This document shows, piece after piece, positions 18,770 to 28,257 of a DNA stretch of 56,823 nt. Made by a program: the position numbers and the translations under genes. Within the stretch, counting starts at the first letter, position 1, and each line of letters begins with the position of its first letter. The DNA comes from a virus (taxonomy: Duplodnaviria; Heunggongvirae; Uroviricota; Caudoviricetes), in the IMG/VR virus record IMGVR_UViG_3300029615_000411, positions 183,874 to 240,696 of that record, one strand, 5' to 3'. The notes below the pieces were generated by a model. The model saw only the letters and a list, made by a program, of their open reading frames with translations. It did not search any database and was not told where the DNA came from.

Positions 18770-19357
18770 TTACATGTGGAAAATAGTCCATTCGCGGTTG
18801 GGATAATCATCGCAAAAGCTTGCAAAAGCGAGCGGCGCACCGCTGTCTTTGCTATCCTTATTGGAGTGTACGAAGACATTGTAGTCTTCCATATCCTCAA
18901 CATCATCGGCCGTGGCATCCTCATCAAAAACATCATTGACGCTTTCCGCAATCAACTCTTTCATTTCCTCAAACGCCTCATCGAAACTGTCGTAGAAGCC
19001 CGTAAGCTCGATGCTTTCGTATTCCTCATAAGAGAGAAGGAAAAAAGGCTTGTCAGTCGTGACCTCAAAAACAGCCCATTCGACGCTTTCTTCGTCGTCT
19101 CCTTTCCAGAAGTCATAGGTAGCATGTACTCTGGGCTCGCTGTTGTCAGCGGGGCAGTTTTCATCGAAATCGAAAGAGAATCTGTAGCGCTCCTCATTCT
19201 CGTGCGTGATATCGGCACCGGTAAGACCTGTATGGTAGTTCTTGTTGATGCGCTGCGCTATGCTTTCCCTTACTGCTGCGGCCGCCTCTTCCAGCGTGTC
19301 CTTTTTGCAGATGAGGTTCGTGCAATCATAATGTTCACTCTTAATTACGATAAACAT
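18770..19357 (-). CDS. Acidic hypothetical protein with internal duplication
   Basis: RBS AAAGGAG; two repeats of hydrophobic strand-(T/S)x(E/D)EA helix...EWx(V/I)F. Confidence 0.8.
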   Translation of the reverse strand: MFIVIKSEHYDCTNLICKKDTLEEAAAAVRESIAQRINKNYHTGLTGADITHENEERYRFSFDFDENCPADNSEPRVHATYDFWKGDDEESVEWAVFEVTTDKPFFLLSYEEYESIELTGFYDSFDEAFEEMKELIAESVNDVFDEDATADDVEDMEDYNVFVHSNKDSKDSGAPLAFASFCDDYPNREWTIFHM

Positions 19358-19371
19358 ATCACATTCTCCTT

Positions 19372-19863
19372 TTAGCCTTTGTTGATGATGGCGTCGATAG
19401 CTGCAGAAATAGCTTCATTCTCTGCCTGAATCATTCTGCCCTGCAGATTGTTCCAATCGATGTGCTCCTTTACCTTGCGGACAAATTCTTCGTATGTTCC
19501 ATTTTCGGTCATCCGCTCGATTTCCTCGTCATAAGCACCGCTCTCTTCAAGAACATACTTGATGTCGTCTTCGGGATTGACTTCTACGATAGGATAATCT
19601 GTACCGAGGTCATCGCTGTCGACATCGTTCAGATTCGTGATGAACCAGACATCCATAAAATCCGGCCCACAGATGCATTTGGAGTTAGCGCCTTCTTGGA
19701 TGTCAATGGAATCTTCGTTATAATCACCGTAATGATTAACAACGGCATCCTCCACAGCATCGTCGCGTTCCTTGATAGCAGCTTCCAATGTCTGAAGCAG
19801 CTTGCTGCTAACAATATAGGAGGTGGATTCTTTGGACGTATAAACGTTTTGCAGTAAAAACAT
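19372..19863 (-). CDS. Acidic hypothetical protein
   Basis: RBS AAGGAG; TLEAA motif. Confidence 0.8.
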   Translation of the reverse strand: MFLLQNVYTSKESTSYIVSSKLLQTLEAAIKERDDAVEDAVVNHYGDYNEDSIDIQEGANSKCICGPDFMDVWFITNLNDVDSDDLGTDYPIVEVNPEDDIKYVLEESGAYDEEIERMTENGTYEEFVRKVKEHIDWNNLQGRMIQAENEAISAAIDAIINKG

Positions 19864-20020
19864 ATTTCTTACTCCTTATTCTGAAATTTGTAGTTTGTTA
19901 TTTGACCAGAAGGTTAATTGCAATGTAATTTTCTGGATGTAATTACCATTCATTACTTTCCCGTATCGTGGGATATCCGTGCGACTCTTGATATTATCTC
20001 TATCGCAATCTTTGATTTTC

Positions 20021-20130
20021 GCAAAAAAAGACATCACTACAGAAAGTAGCGATGTCTCGATTTTGAATTGGTTTTTAAGTTTTTATTTTTTGGATAAATT
20101 CAGTATACTCACTTTGCAGCAAACTGCAAC
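20021..20130 (-). promoter_or_regulatory. Class-2 promoter/leader-terminator module
   Basis: Palindrome at 20111; TTCAAAATCGA followed by hairpin GACATCGCTAC/GTAGTGATGTC and T-run. Confidence 0.8.
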
Positions 20131-20227
20131 AAAAAGAGCCTGCTAAAACAGCAGACCCTTTTTGTGTTAATTTGGTTTGACGGCGAAAACGCAGTCGCTA
20201 TACCGGCTAATCATTGTTTCTTAGTTG

Positions 20228-20520
20228 TTAGTTTTCGAAATCTGGATTCTTCCAGACCGTTTTCTTTCCGTAATGGATATCCGAAATGTACTTGAACGGA
20301 ATCTTATCCCGGTTTTTAAGAAGAGCATCGTTTTCCTCTAAAAATTCCTCAATGCGTTCCTCTTCACTACGCGTAGCAATGTTCCATGTATCGAGATATC
20401 CATCATACATGGCATCCATATTGAAAATTCCGTCGACGGGGTACTTGACAGAGTCAATTTCTCCGTTGACGTTCAAGCCAAGGCGGACGTTCTTATAGTT
20501 CTTGATAGACGTACTTTTTG
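20228..20520 (-). pseudogene. 3' fragment of a hypothetical gene lacking its own start
   Basis: Protein-like frame (NYKNVRLGLNVNGE...WKNPDFEN) overlaps the end of 20493-20690 out of frame, with no RBS or start codon. Confidence 0.45.
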
Positions 20521-20690
20521 CTGTGCTTGTTCTTACCCAGATATGCACCGCACAGTGCGTTTTCTGTGATGATGGCTGCAAAGACGATGGCAAGGGTAAC
20601 AAGGCTGAATTCTGTTGCAAGAGCAGAAATTCCGGCGATGATGACGATGATGCCTGTGACAGCAGCGAGTTTGATGATGAATTTTTTCAT
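20493..20690 (-). CDS. Small membrane protein
   Basis: RBS GGGAGG; two hydrophobic segments. Confidence 0.7.
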   Translation of the reverse strand: MKKFIIKLAAVTGIIVIIAGISALATEFSLVTLAIVFAAIITENALCGAYLGKNKHSKKYVYQEL

Positions 20691-20718
20691 AATAAAGAAC
20701 CTCCCAGTTTGTTGTAGA

Positions 20719-20852
20719 CAACAAAAAAGCAGCCACCTCGGAAAGAGATGGCTGCAAAATTGCTGATTATGAATAAGGCAAATTAAATCATTATTTGATG
20801 TTTTTATCTATCTTAATACAACTATTGTACCTACTTTGCAGCAAATAACAAG
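20719..20852 (-). promoter_or_regulatory. Class-2 promoter/leader-terminator module
   Basis: Palindrome at 20833, TACAAT, hairpin GCAGCCATCTC/GAGGTGGCTGC followed by TTTTTT. Confidence 0.8.
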
Positions 20853-21091
20853 ACGGCTTATATGTGCTTGTCTGATATGGGCTAACATACTCTCTGCTCA
20901 TAGGTTGCAGGAATTCGCAAGATTGGGGCTTTAGTGTCGAGGAAGTTTTCCCAGAATTTTTGCCGCTCGCTGAACTGGTAACCCTTCTCAACAAGAGCGG
21001 GCTTGTGTTCCAGAATGGCTTCTTCTTCGTTTGCAATGGAAAATTTGGCCAAACAAAAATGCCGCCCATCCGAAGATGAGCGGCAAAAATG

Positions 21092-21649
21092 TTAAATGGA
21101 CTGTATAAGAAGTTGGCTGAGCCATGCGGGCCGATACGTTCCAACAGGAAGAATCTGCCCATTGCGATACTCTGCCACGAGAACAAACCCGTTGTCGTTG
21201 TCGAAAAACTTGGCTTCATCGCAGTATGGAAGAACTTTCAAGACATCTTCGAAACGATGAGAAAATCGGGCCTCGACATCCTTGACGGGGATATCGTGTC
21301 CACCGCGTTCTACGCGGTTTCGGATTCGCCGAATACTTTCTTCGGCAGTGTCTAAGCCGACATAGTACAGGCGGATATAATACCCAGCTTCCTTTGCGCG
21401 TTTGCAGAGTCGTTTTGGATATCCCCCAGAAAGAGTTGTTTCCTGCGTAAAATTTACGCCGTCCTCTAGTGCGCGTTCAATACGTTCGACAGCGAGTTTT
21501 CCGCCTTCGTATTCATCGCCGCCGCATTGGAGGGTCAGTTTGTCAGGGTCTATTACAACGCCGAAATCGCTGCGTTCGGAACGCAAAGAACCCGTTAAGC
21601 TGGATTTACCTGCACCGTTCACGCCTCCGATAAGAGTGTAGATTTTCAC
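21092..21649 (-). CDS. Zeta-toxin-family P-loop ATPase/kinase
   Basis: GGVNGAGKS, QETTLSG and RIRNRVERGGHDIP motifs; own class-1 promoter. Confidence 0.8.
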   Translation of the reverse strand: MKIYTLIGGVNGAGKSSLTGSLRSERSDFGVVIDPDKLTLQCGGDEYEGGKLAVERIERALEDGVNFTQETTLSGGYPKRLCKRAKEAGYYIRLYYVGLDTAEESIRRIRNRVERGGHDIPVKDVEARFSHRFEDVLKVLPYCDEAKFFDNDNGFVLVAEYRNGQILPVGTYRPAWLSQLLIQSI

Positions 21650-21776
21650 AGTATCACCTCTATCTTATTATACCACATTGCGTCACATACGCGCAATGTG
21701 TCTTGAATATAATCTCAGGTTTCCTGTTCGTCTTAGCGTTGAAAATGCTTCCCATCCGAAGATGAGCGGCGACTTT

Positions 21777-22292
21777 TTATTTCTTCGCTCCCATGAGGAC
21801 TTCGCCTTCTCCGGATACAACGAACCAGCCTGTATCTTTACGGTATTCGGCGCTGAACAGGTTTGCGAAGTTGTACCCTCCGGAAAATTCGATGTGTTTC
21901 AGCGAAAATGTCAGCTGCAAATAAGCATCCGAAGAAGTGCCGTTGCAGTCGTTTTCCAAAGAAATATTCAAACGATAAAAGTCCGGACGAGCAAGGTACT
22001 TATCGACAATGTCCTTGTCGTAGGTGATGTCGTGGAAGCAGCAGGACGAGAATGTCTGCAGATATACTTCGCAGTACGTATGGCAGAAAAGACCACACTT
22101 ATCGCGCAGATTTTCCGGCCAATTCACCTCGATGTGACCATTAGGTTTGAGGCATGGTACAGGAGGCTGCTCAACGCCGATACCGTAATAGCGTTGGACG
22201 AACTCAAACAGCGGCTTCCAGTCGATGCGATTATAAAATTCAGTCAGCTTCTCGCCATCGCGGAGCTGGCGGGTTTCAGTTACCATATGCAT
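21777..22292 (-). CDS. Hypothetical protein
   Basis: RBS AAAGGAG; operon position. Confidence 0.75.
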   Translation of the reverse strand: MHMVTETRQLRDGEKLTEFYNRIDWKPLFEFVQRYYGIGVEQPPVPCLKPNGHIEVNWPENLRDKCGLFCHTYCEVYLQTFSSCCFHDITYDKDIVDKYLARPDFYRLNISLENDCNGTSSDAYLQLTFSLKHIEFSGGYNFANLFSAEYRKDTGWFVVSGEGEVLMGAKK

Positions 22293-22298
22293 TTATCA

Positions 22299-23021
22299 TT
22301 ACTCCTTTTTTTGTTGATATGTATTTTCGAGAGCTTTCTCGTCCAAAGCAAAATACTTATGCGTAAACCAAAAATCTGTCGGTTCTCGTTCTGCGTCCGG
22401 GAACAGAGAGTTGCCTGCTACGACAACTCCCGGAACGCCAATGCAGCACATCTGAACGTAGCACATCTTGCAGACCAGAGGGTCAATGTCCTGCGCTACA
22501 AACAAAACATACTTGTCCCAGTCTGGGTCAGTGGGTTCCAACTGCTTGCGCATCGCATTGTACCCAGCCAGAAGCAGACATCCGGCACCGCAGCATGGGT
22601 CGCTTACTTGGAAGATACGCGACTTGTTCAGAACGAAAGAATCCGGCATATTCATGCGTGCCATCATCTGCCCGACATTGTACGGCGTGAAAAACTGCCC
22701 GGCTCGGCTTTTGGTTAAGCCGAGATTCTGGTAAACGGTGCCAAGAAAATCCTGCTCCGGGTTTTCCAGAAGTGCCGTCATTGTGATGCCAGTGAGTACA
22801 GCAAACTGATTCACAGTCTTCTCATCGTACTTTTGGACAATGGCGTTGTACTGTTCTTCCCTTGTGTCCCTGCACCGAGAATCACAGGTATTCGCAAGTG
22901 CGATGGCGTGCATATCAATGTAGTTGTACCAAAGTTCGTTGCGGCTGTATCTGGCACTCATTTCGTTAAAAGTCTTAATAAACTCATCTACCGGAGAAAA
23001 CGGTCTTTTTTTGGTACTCAT
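22299..23021 (-). CDS. Short N6-DNA-methylase-like SAM-binding protein
   Basis: GQFFTPYNV, DPCCGAGCLL and AQDID motifs; no NPPY/F motif. Confidence 0.8.
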   Translation of the reverse strand: MSTKKRPFSPVDEFIKTFNEMSARYSRNELWYNYIDMHAIALANTCDSRCRDTREEQYNAIVQKYDEKTVNQFAVLTGITMTALLENPEQDFLGTVYQNLGLTKSRAGQFFTPYNVGQMMARMNMPDSFVLNKSRIFQVSDPCCGAGCLLLAGYNAMRKQLEPTDPDWDKYVLFVAQDIDPLVCKMCYVQMCCIGVPGVVVAGNSLFPDAEREPTDFWFTHKYFALDEKALENTYQQKKE

Positions 23022-23075
23022 AAAAACTCCTTTCGCAGCAAAACAAAAAGCAGACCTCCTCGGGTCGTGTTTGTG

Positions 23076-24026
23076 TTAACTGAAAAAGAAAAACTCTTTT
23101 GTTCCCTCTTCGGGATGCGTACTTGTATCACATTTCTGGCCTTCCTCAGTATGGTCACGGATATATTTGAGGACATACTGCGCGAGGACATAATGGATAT
23201 GCGTTTCGCAGCTCTGAGAGCCAGCGCCGGAATCACAGTGGAAGCCCATCCGCAGAGCAGATAAAGCACGAATAAAGAGCGCTTTTTCAACTGCCAAATC
23301 GATGATTCCTTCGTTGGAAAAGTTTACACATTCCTCGGCCAAAAGCTTCCAGTGTCCACGGCAAGGACTTACAATCTCACCACGGCAGAAAATCGATGCA
23401 GCCAGTGCGGAAAATTCGCCAAAACTGGCATATTTCCAATCATCGGCAAAATCCTTGGTTATAAGGTTTTTCTCTTGTATGTTACGGATGTCTTCAATGT
23501 TCTTTCGGCACAGTGAAACTTCATACTCGAACTTCTTTTTGAGCAGGTCACGCTGACATTCGCTCATGTTGAACGGGACTCTTTCGCCCATTTCGTGAAC
23601 CAGAGTATCGTACAGATTTTTGTGGACAAAGAAGACGCTTACAAGAGCAAGACCATCCGGATAAGTTATCGTGTTGTTGGTCTTGATAAAATAAGCGTCG
23701 CTCCCGCAGAGCTCCTCGGAGATAAACTTTTCCATATCATCGCCGATTTCGACTTTGTAAGGTGCTGTGCCATCTCCGTTGCTTTTGTAGAACTCATAGG
23801 AACGAATCAGTTTGTCGTTCTCTTCAGTGATGACGGCGTCTTCGATGCCGCCATAATCATTGTATTTACCAACAATCGGAAAAGAAAACGGAACAAAGTT
23901 ATCAGTTGCATAGCTGGTATTTGCTGTAACAGTAGCAGAAACTGCAATAAGGGGAATTACAACGATTTCGTCACCGCAAAAAATCGGCAACCTCGACACG
24001 TTGCAAGTAGCGTTCCAACATCCCAT
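23076..24026 (-). CDS. Hypothetical protein (MGCWNATC...GKYNDYGGIE...GAGSQ)
   Basis: RBS AAAGGAG; 316-aa ORF downstream of a module. Confidence 0.8.
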   Translation of the reverse strand: MGCWNATCNVSRLPIFCGDEIVVIPLIAVSATVTANTSYATDNFVPFSFPIVGKYNDYGGIEDAVITEENDKLIRSYEFYKSNGDGTAPYKVEIGDDMEKFISEELCGSDAYFIKTNNTITYPDGLALVSVFFVHKNLYDTLVHEMGERVPFNMSECQRDLLKKKFEYEVSLCRKNIEDIRNIQEKNLITKDFADDWKYASFGEFSALAASIFCRGEIVSPCRGHWKLLAEECVNFSNEGIIDLAVEKALFIRALSALRMGFHCDSGAGSQSCETHIHYVLAQYVLKYIRDHTEEGQKCDTSTHPEEGTKEFFFFS

Positions 24027-24057
24027 GGATTATAGCTCCTTTCGTTTTGTGCGTGTA

Positions 24058-24170
24058 GCAAACAAAAATACCGCCACCCAACAGGAGATGACGGTATATC
24101 GATTTTGAATGCTTACTGCTTTTTATTTTTCGGATATGCTTAGTATACCGACTTTGCAGCAGATTACAAG
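24058..24170 (-). promoter_or_regulatory. Class-2 promoter/leader-terminator module
   Basis: Palindrome at 24151; conserved leader and hairpin. Confidence 0.85.
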
Positions 24171-24212
24171 CTCCACGCCGGGAACTTCACTTTGCGAAGC
24201 GGCAACATCGCG

Positions 24213-24790
24213 TTACCGAATGTCGTCGAGCAGCTTTTTTGCGTGATTCAGCACAGCCTCCTCGATGGGGCGGCCATTCTGGTTCAGTGCAACAAAAACT
24301 TCCAAGACCTCTTTTTTTGTAACCTTATCAGAAAGCGAGGCTAAACTTGTCATTGCACTTCCGAACCAGTTCTTATCCTCTGCGGGAAGTTCATTGTAAA
24401 AACATCCTCTATAGGGGAACCGGTTTTCATAGAATGCACAGAGTGTCATGAGGCGCTGTTTGCCGTCTACGACTTCGTACATACATTTCTTTTCCAACGA
24501 TTCCTCATAGGGAACTTCTCGGAATACGAAGCGCCCGATTTCCCTTCCGGCGAAAATACTGTCAAGCAGTTTCACTCTATCCTCGTCGTTCCAGACGGAA
24601 CCGCGCTGATAATCGGGTTCCATATCCACACCAAAGTAGTAGTACATATGGAGCAGCGATTCGATGGAACGGTTGCTGAACGACATACGGAAAAGAGGCG
24701 AATCTTTCTGCGCATACTTTGCTTCCAGAGAAGTCGGAATCGGTCTGACATCGAGCCAAGACCAATAGCCGTAGCATGCACCATCCAGAG
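24213..24790 (-). pseudogene. DUF262 (ParB-like/GmrS) domain gene, 5'-truncated; could restart at ATG 24686
   Basis: PDYQRGSVW, LLDSIF and VVDGKQRL motifs; protein-like frame extends upstream to about 24790 (LDGACYGYWSWLDVRP). Confidence 0.7.
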
Positions 24791-25111
24791 ATTGGCGTTG
24801 ATGTAATCGTCGTCAAACATCATGTCATCATTTTTGTCGATTTCGTATCCCAGAAACGCATCCATGTCCTGAATAGAAATCTTGCGTTTCGTGCGGAGTT
24901 CATTGACTAAGGCTTCATGGTCGTCAACAGCAGTCATTGTGATGCTGCCGGATACGAGAGCACTCTCGATGCAGTCAGCAACGATACTGGCGTAATCGTC
25001 ATCGTAACGCTGCTCTTGGAGAATGGTCGTGGCGGTATCAAGGGCTTCTTTCTTGGATTGGCAGTCGATTTCAAGCTCGATGGGAATCGTAGCAGTCACT
25101 TTGAATTTCAT
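24572..25111 (-). CDS. Hypothetical protein, probably 3'-truncated (genuine to about 24785)
   Basis: RBS AAAGGAG; acidic sequence to DYINANLWM, then an apparent off-frame tail. Confidence 0.6.
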   Translation of the reverse strand: MKFKVTATIPIELEIDCQSKKEALDTATTILQEQRYDDDYASIVADCIESALVSGSITMTAVDDHEALVNELRTKRKISIQDMDAFLGYEIDKNDDMMFDDDYINANLWMVHATAIGLGSMSDRFRLLWKQSMRRKIRLFSVCRSATVPSNRCSICTTTLVWIWNPIISAVPSGTTRIE

Positions 25112-25124
25112 AAACGATGCTCCT

Positions 25125-25838
25125 TTACATGTCGCAGTAATAATAGCCAGTCAGTTTATCACTGATATTGGCTTTCTTATCTTCAGCCGGGTCGTAGTAA
25201 CCCGTGGTGGCCGTAAAACCGAGTGCGTCCAGAATATCAGCCACATGATTGATAACATTTTCGTTCTTGGAAACAATCATGCCTTCCACAAACTCAATAT
25301 CTTTATCATTGGCTGCCAGACGCTTACCGAATTTCTCGTAATTGAACTTGCCTTCGAAAAGCTGGTCACTGGTTGCACAGTAATCTGCGCAGTGGTTCCC
25401 ATATTTTGTGTTCAATTTTGAGGCTGTTTTTGTGTCCACCGTCTCAGCGATATCATCGTCAATATAGACCAGACGCTTGGAATCGTCGTCAGCACCGCGA
25501 GGCGCATCAACGATTTTGGTAATCCAAGAATCGCTTTCGGTTTCATCGTTGCCTGCATAAGCATAGCCCGTAACATACGGATTTGTCTCATTGGGCGTTT
25601 CCAAAATGAACCATGTGGCAGAACTGTTTTTTCTTGCGTTTCTGCTGTCAAGACGAATACTTGGATATGTGTCCGGAGATTCCTCTCAAAGCATGGCGGT
25701 TGCAGCGATAGTTTCATCGCCGATAGCCGTAGACATCTCAAAGGAGAATGGCGCGGTTTCATCTTTCCAATATTTATCGATAATTTCCTGAACAGGAATA
25801 TTACAGGAATGACCGTTGCCGTATAATTTGATTTGCAT
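25125..25838 (-). pseudogene. Hypothetical gene with an in-frame TGA at 25686-25688
   Basis: ATG 25838 (RBS AAAGGAG); ORF-track pieces 25686-25910 and 25125-25604 are one frame interrupted by a single TGA. Confidence 0.7.
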
Positions 25839-25852
25839 AGATAAGCTCTCCT

Positions 25853-26152
25853 TTACATAACAGGCTGGATTTCTTTTGTGGTAATCACGACAATGGGCAA
25901 AAGCTGACAATTTGCGTAGTCTGCATAATCGTAGATACTTGCTTCATCGCTGATGCAGTATCCGCCAGGCATAGCATTTCCGTTTTCATCGCTTGCGCCG
26001 TTGTCTTCGAGTTTCATACTCTTCAGAAAGTCCTCATAGCGGGCTCTTAGTGCTGTTGAAGCTGCTTCCTTTGTGAGATAGGCATTGTCGTCAACACTGA
26101 CATAAAGGTCACCGTTCTTGCAATCGCGCGTCACAGTAGTCAATACGAACAT
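25853..26152 (-). CDS. Hypothetical protein
   Basis: RBS AGGAGG; YLTKEAA motif. Confidence 0.75.
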   Translation of the reverse strand: MFVLTTVTRDCKNGDLYVSVDDNAYLTKEAASTALRARYEDFLKSMKLEDNGASDENGNAMPGGYCISDEASIYDYADYANCQLLPIVVITTKEIQPVM

Positions 26153-26170
26153 TTTATTTCCTCCTTTTTC

Positions 26171-26299
26171 AATAAAAAACGGCCATCTCGAATTGAGATA
26201 GCCGTTAGGATACAGATTTTGAAATCAAAATAAATCAGGGTGTGATATTTTGACTTATTTTGATGTTCTCATTGTAACTACTTTGCAGCAAATAGCAAG
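26171..26299 (-). promoter_or_regulatory. Class-2 promoter/leader-terminator module
   Basis: Palindrome at 26280; TTCAAAATC; hairpin AACGGCTATCTC/GAGATGGCCGTT with T-run. Confidence 0.8.
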
Positions 26300-26312
26300 G
26301 GAAATGGAGCTT

Positions 26313-27158
26313 TTAATCGGCTGACGCTTCGCTCTCTGCCTGCGGTTTATTCGCTGCAATAAGCTGTTCTGCAACATTGGAGTCCACAGTAGAAACCATA
26401 AACCCATTTCCTGTAAGGAAATTATATTCGTCAACGATAGACTGTTTCAGTTCTGCGAGCTGGTCTTTTGTAATCAGAGGATTATCCCCTGCCAGCAGAT
26501 TTGCGTATTCGGAATATTTGTTTCTGAACTCCGAAATCTGTCCACTATACGCATCGTTTGTATAAATCATGGGATTGTTGGTCATCGTATAGAGCATCGA
26601 ATTCATTGTGGACAGATAATTGCTGAAATCGACCTTACGAGCCTTGTAATCGCTGATATCTCCCAGCGCTTTTTCCACCTGCATGACAGGATTTGCAATT
26701 CCATCGTACTCTGCCTTGACTTCTTCTGTCACCGGGATTTCGGCATAATCGAGAATCTCTTTCCAAGTCACATTATTGTCGGCCAACTTATGAGATTGAT
26801 ATGCAGAAGCTACAGGACCGTTTTCACTTTCCTCGTCATCTGCTTCAATGTTATATTTTTCGTATAAGTCAGCAACAATAGTATTGGGTTCTGGAGTCGG
26901 CTCAGGGTCTTTGAGTGTATCCAGAGCACTCTTATCCATCTTCTCCAAGTCTTCGTCGGTATATCCGTTGATAGCTGGATTCGTATTCACGCCATTTCCC
27001 TGTGCTGCTTCGCCTGTCGCAGCACTTGCTGTTTCCGTTGTGGCAGTTCCGATAGTGAGACTGTTTTTATTCATATCCCCTGCTTTATCTTTGCATCCCG
27101 CAAGCATAGTACAAAGCATAGCGGCAGAAATAATAACAGCAAATACTTTATATGACAT
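26313..27158 (-). CDS. Lipoprotein
   Basis: Signal peptide with lipobox LAGC. Confidence 0.8.
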   Translation of the reverse strand: MSYKVFAVIISAAMLCTMLAGCKDKAGDMNKNSLTIGTATTETASAATGEAAQGNGVNTNPAINGYTDEDLEKMDKSALDTLKDPEPTPEPNTIVADLYEKYNIEADDEESENGPVASAYQSHKLADNNVTWKEILDYAEIPVTEEVKAEYDGIANPVMQVEKALGDISDYKARKVDFSNYLSTMNSMLYTMTNNPMIYTNDAYSGQISEFRNKYSEYANLLAGDNPLITKDQLAELKQSIVDEYNFLTGNGFMVSTVDSNVAEQLIAANKPQAESEASAD

Positions 27159-27218
27159 ATGATAACTCCTTTTCTGTGGTGATATTTATATTATACCTCA
27201 TAAAGTTGCAATAGTCAA

Positions 27219-28142
27219 TCAATCATCGCTTGCAGAAAACCATATTATTGAATTTTCTGTTCGTTCTTTTAAATCCTCTTTATTTCTGCAGAAATATGCC
27301 ATATGATTACCGGAAGCGTTATAGGTCGAGTCGATATATGTTATTTCGTCATTATAAACGATAGCGTTCCATGCATGATATATTCCGCCGTTTGTGTAAC
27401 CTGTGCAGTATGCTGCTTCATATCCTGCTTTATTCATCAGATACGCGAATGTTTTTGCGTATCCGGAGCAGATAGCTTCTTTTCTCAGAAATGGAGCAAC
27501 AATGCTATTGTATGGATAGTATTGACCGTTCTGAATATTTTTTTCATCCGTATATGTGACATTTTGGCATAACCACTCATTGACCGTATAAGCTGCTGTC
27601 CAGACATCATGGTTCAGTGCCTCGGCATTGTTCTGCAAGAATAAATCGGTTTCCTTTTGAAGCTTTTCCTCTAAGCTATTCTTACTATCTGCACTCATGC
27701 TATAGCTCGGGTAAATCTTATAATATGTCTGACCGTTTGTGTCGTATTCCATCTGATAGCCCGTTACCCAAAAAATATCCGGAGTTTTAAGGCTTTCCTT
27801 TAAGAGAATACGCATCGAACGCGGGGAGATAGATGTGTTAATGGTGATGGTTTCATTCATTGCTCGTATATTCTCAATAATGATATTTATAATGGATATT
27901 TCGTTGTCTGTGAAATTGTTCCCGCGAACAAAATAGCATTTTTTATTTTCGTTCGCAGAAACAATATCGGTATCTGAATCGTTCGTATAAGAGTATGTGA
28001 TTTGTCCATTGATACCGTATTGTTCCGGAACGACATATTCTCTTGTAATATTGTCTTTGATTCTTACAGCGAACATAGCACATCCCGCCATAATTGCTGC
28101 AAAAAATACAACGCACAACAATTTATATAATAAGCGTTTCAC
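27219..28142 (-). CDS. Membrane-anchored transglutaminase-like domain protein
   Basis: C-H-D triad: AICSGYAKTF, HAWN, YIDST; GTG 28142 with RBS GGGAGG. Confidence 0.85.
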   Translation of the reverse strand: MKRLLYKLLCVVFFAAIMAGCAMFAVRIKDNITREYVVPEQYGINGQITYSYTNDSDTDIVSANENKKCYFVRGNNFTDNEISIINIIIENIRAMNETITINTSISPRSMRILLKESLKTPDIFWVTGYQMEYDTNGQTYYKIYPSYSMSADSKNSLEEKLQKETDLFLQNNAEALNHDVWTAAYTVNEWLCQNVTYTDEKNIQNGQYYPYNSIVAPFLRKEAICSGYAKTFAYLMNKAGYEAAYCTGYTNGGIYHAWNAIVYNDEITYIDSTYNASGNHMAYFCRNKEDLKERTENSIIWFSASDD

Positions 28143-28160
28143 AGCTGCAATCCTCCCAAA

Positions 28161-28246
28161 AAGAAAAATCCACTCAAGCACGCGAATGCTTAAGTGGATT
28201 ATTTTTCGTATGGGTTAATTGTAGCTACTTTGCAGCAACAAGCAAG
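28161..28246 (-). promoter_or_regulatory. Class-2 promoter with variant leader terminator
   Basis: Palindrome at 28227; hairpin AATCCACTTAAGCA/TGCTTGAGTGGATT with T-run. Confidence 0.7.
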
Positions 28247-28257
28247 GTTGCTTTGCG

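Noticed and set aside
18411..18786. Similar small ORFs at the three arrays (MQQQTCTN..., KQYGQILLTA...; also 37126-37395 and 51391-51576) as a conserved peptide
   Set aside because: They are antisense translations of the duplicated CRISPR leader; frames are broken between copies and there is no RBS.
23036..23085. Second HDV-like ribozyme around GACCTCCTCGGGTC
   Set aside because: L3 is too short, and P1, P1.1 and P2 cannot be formed convincingly.
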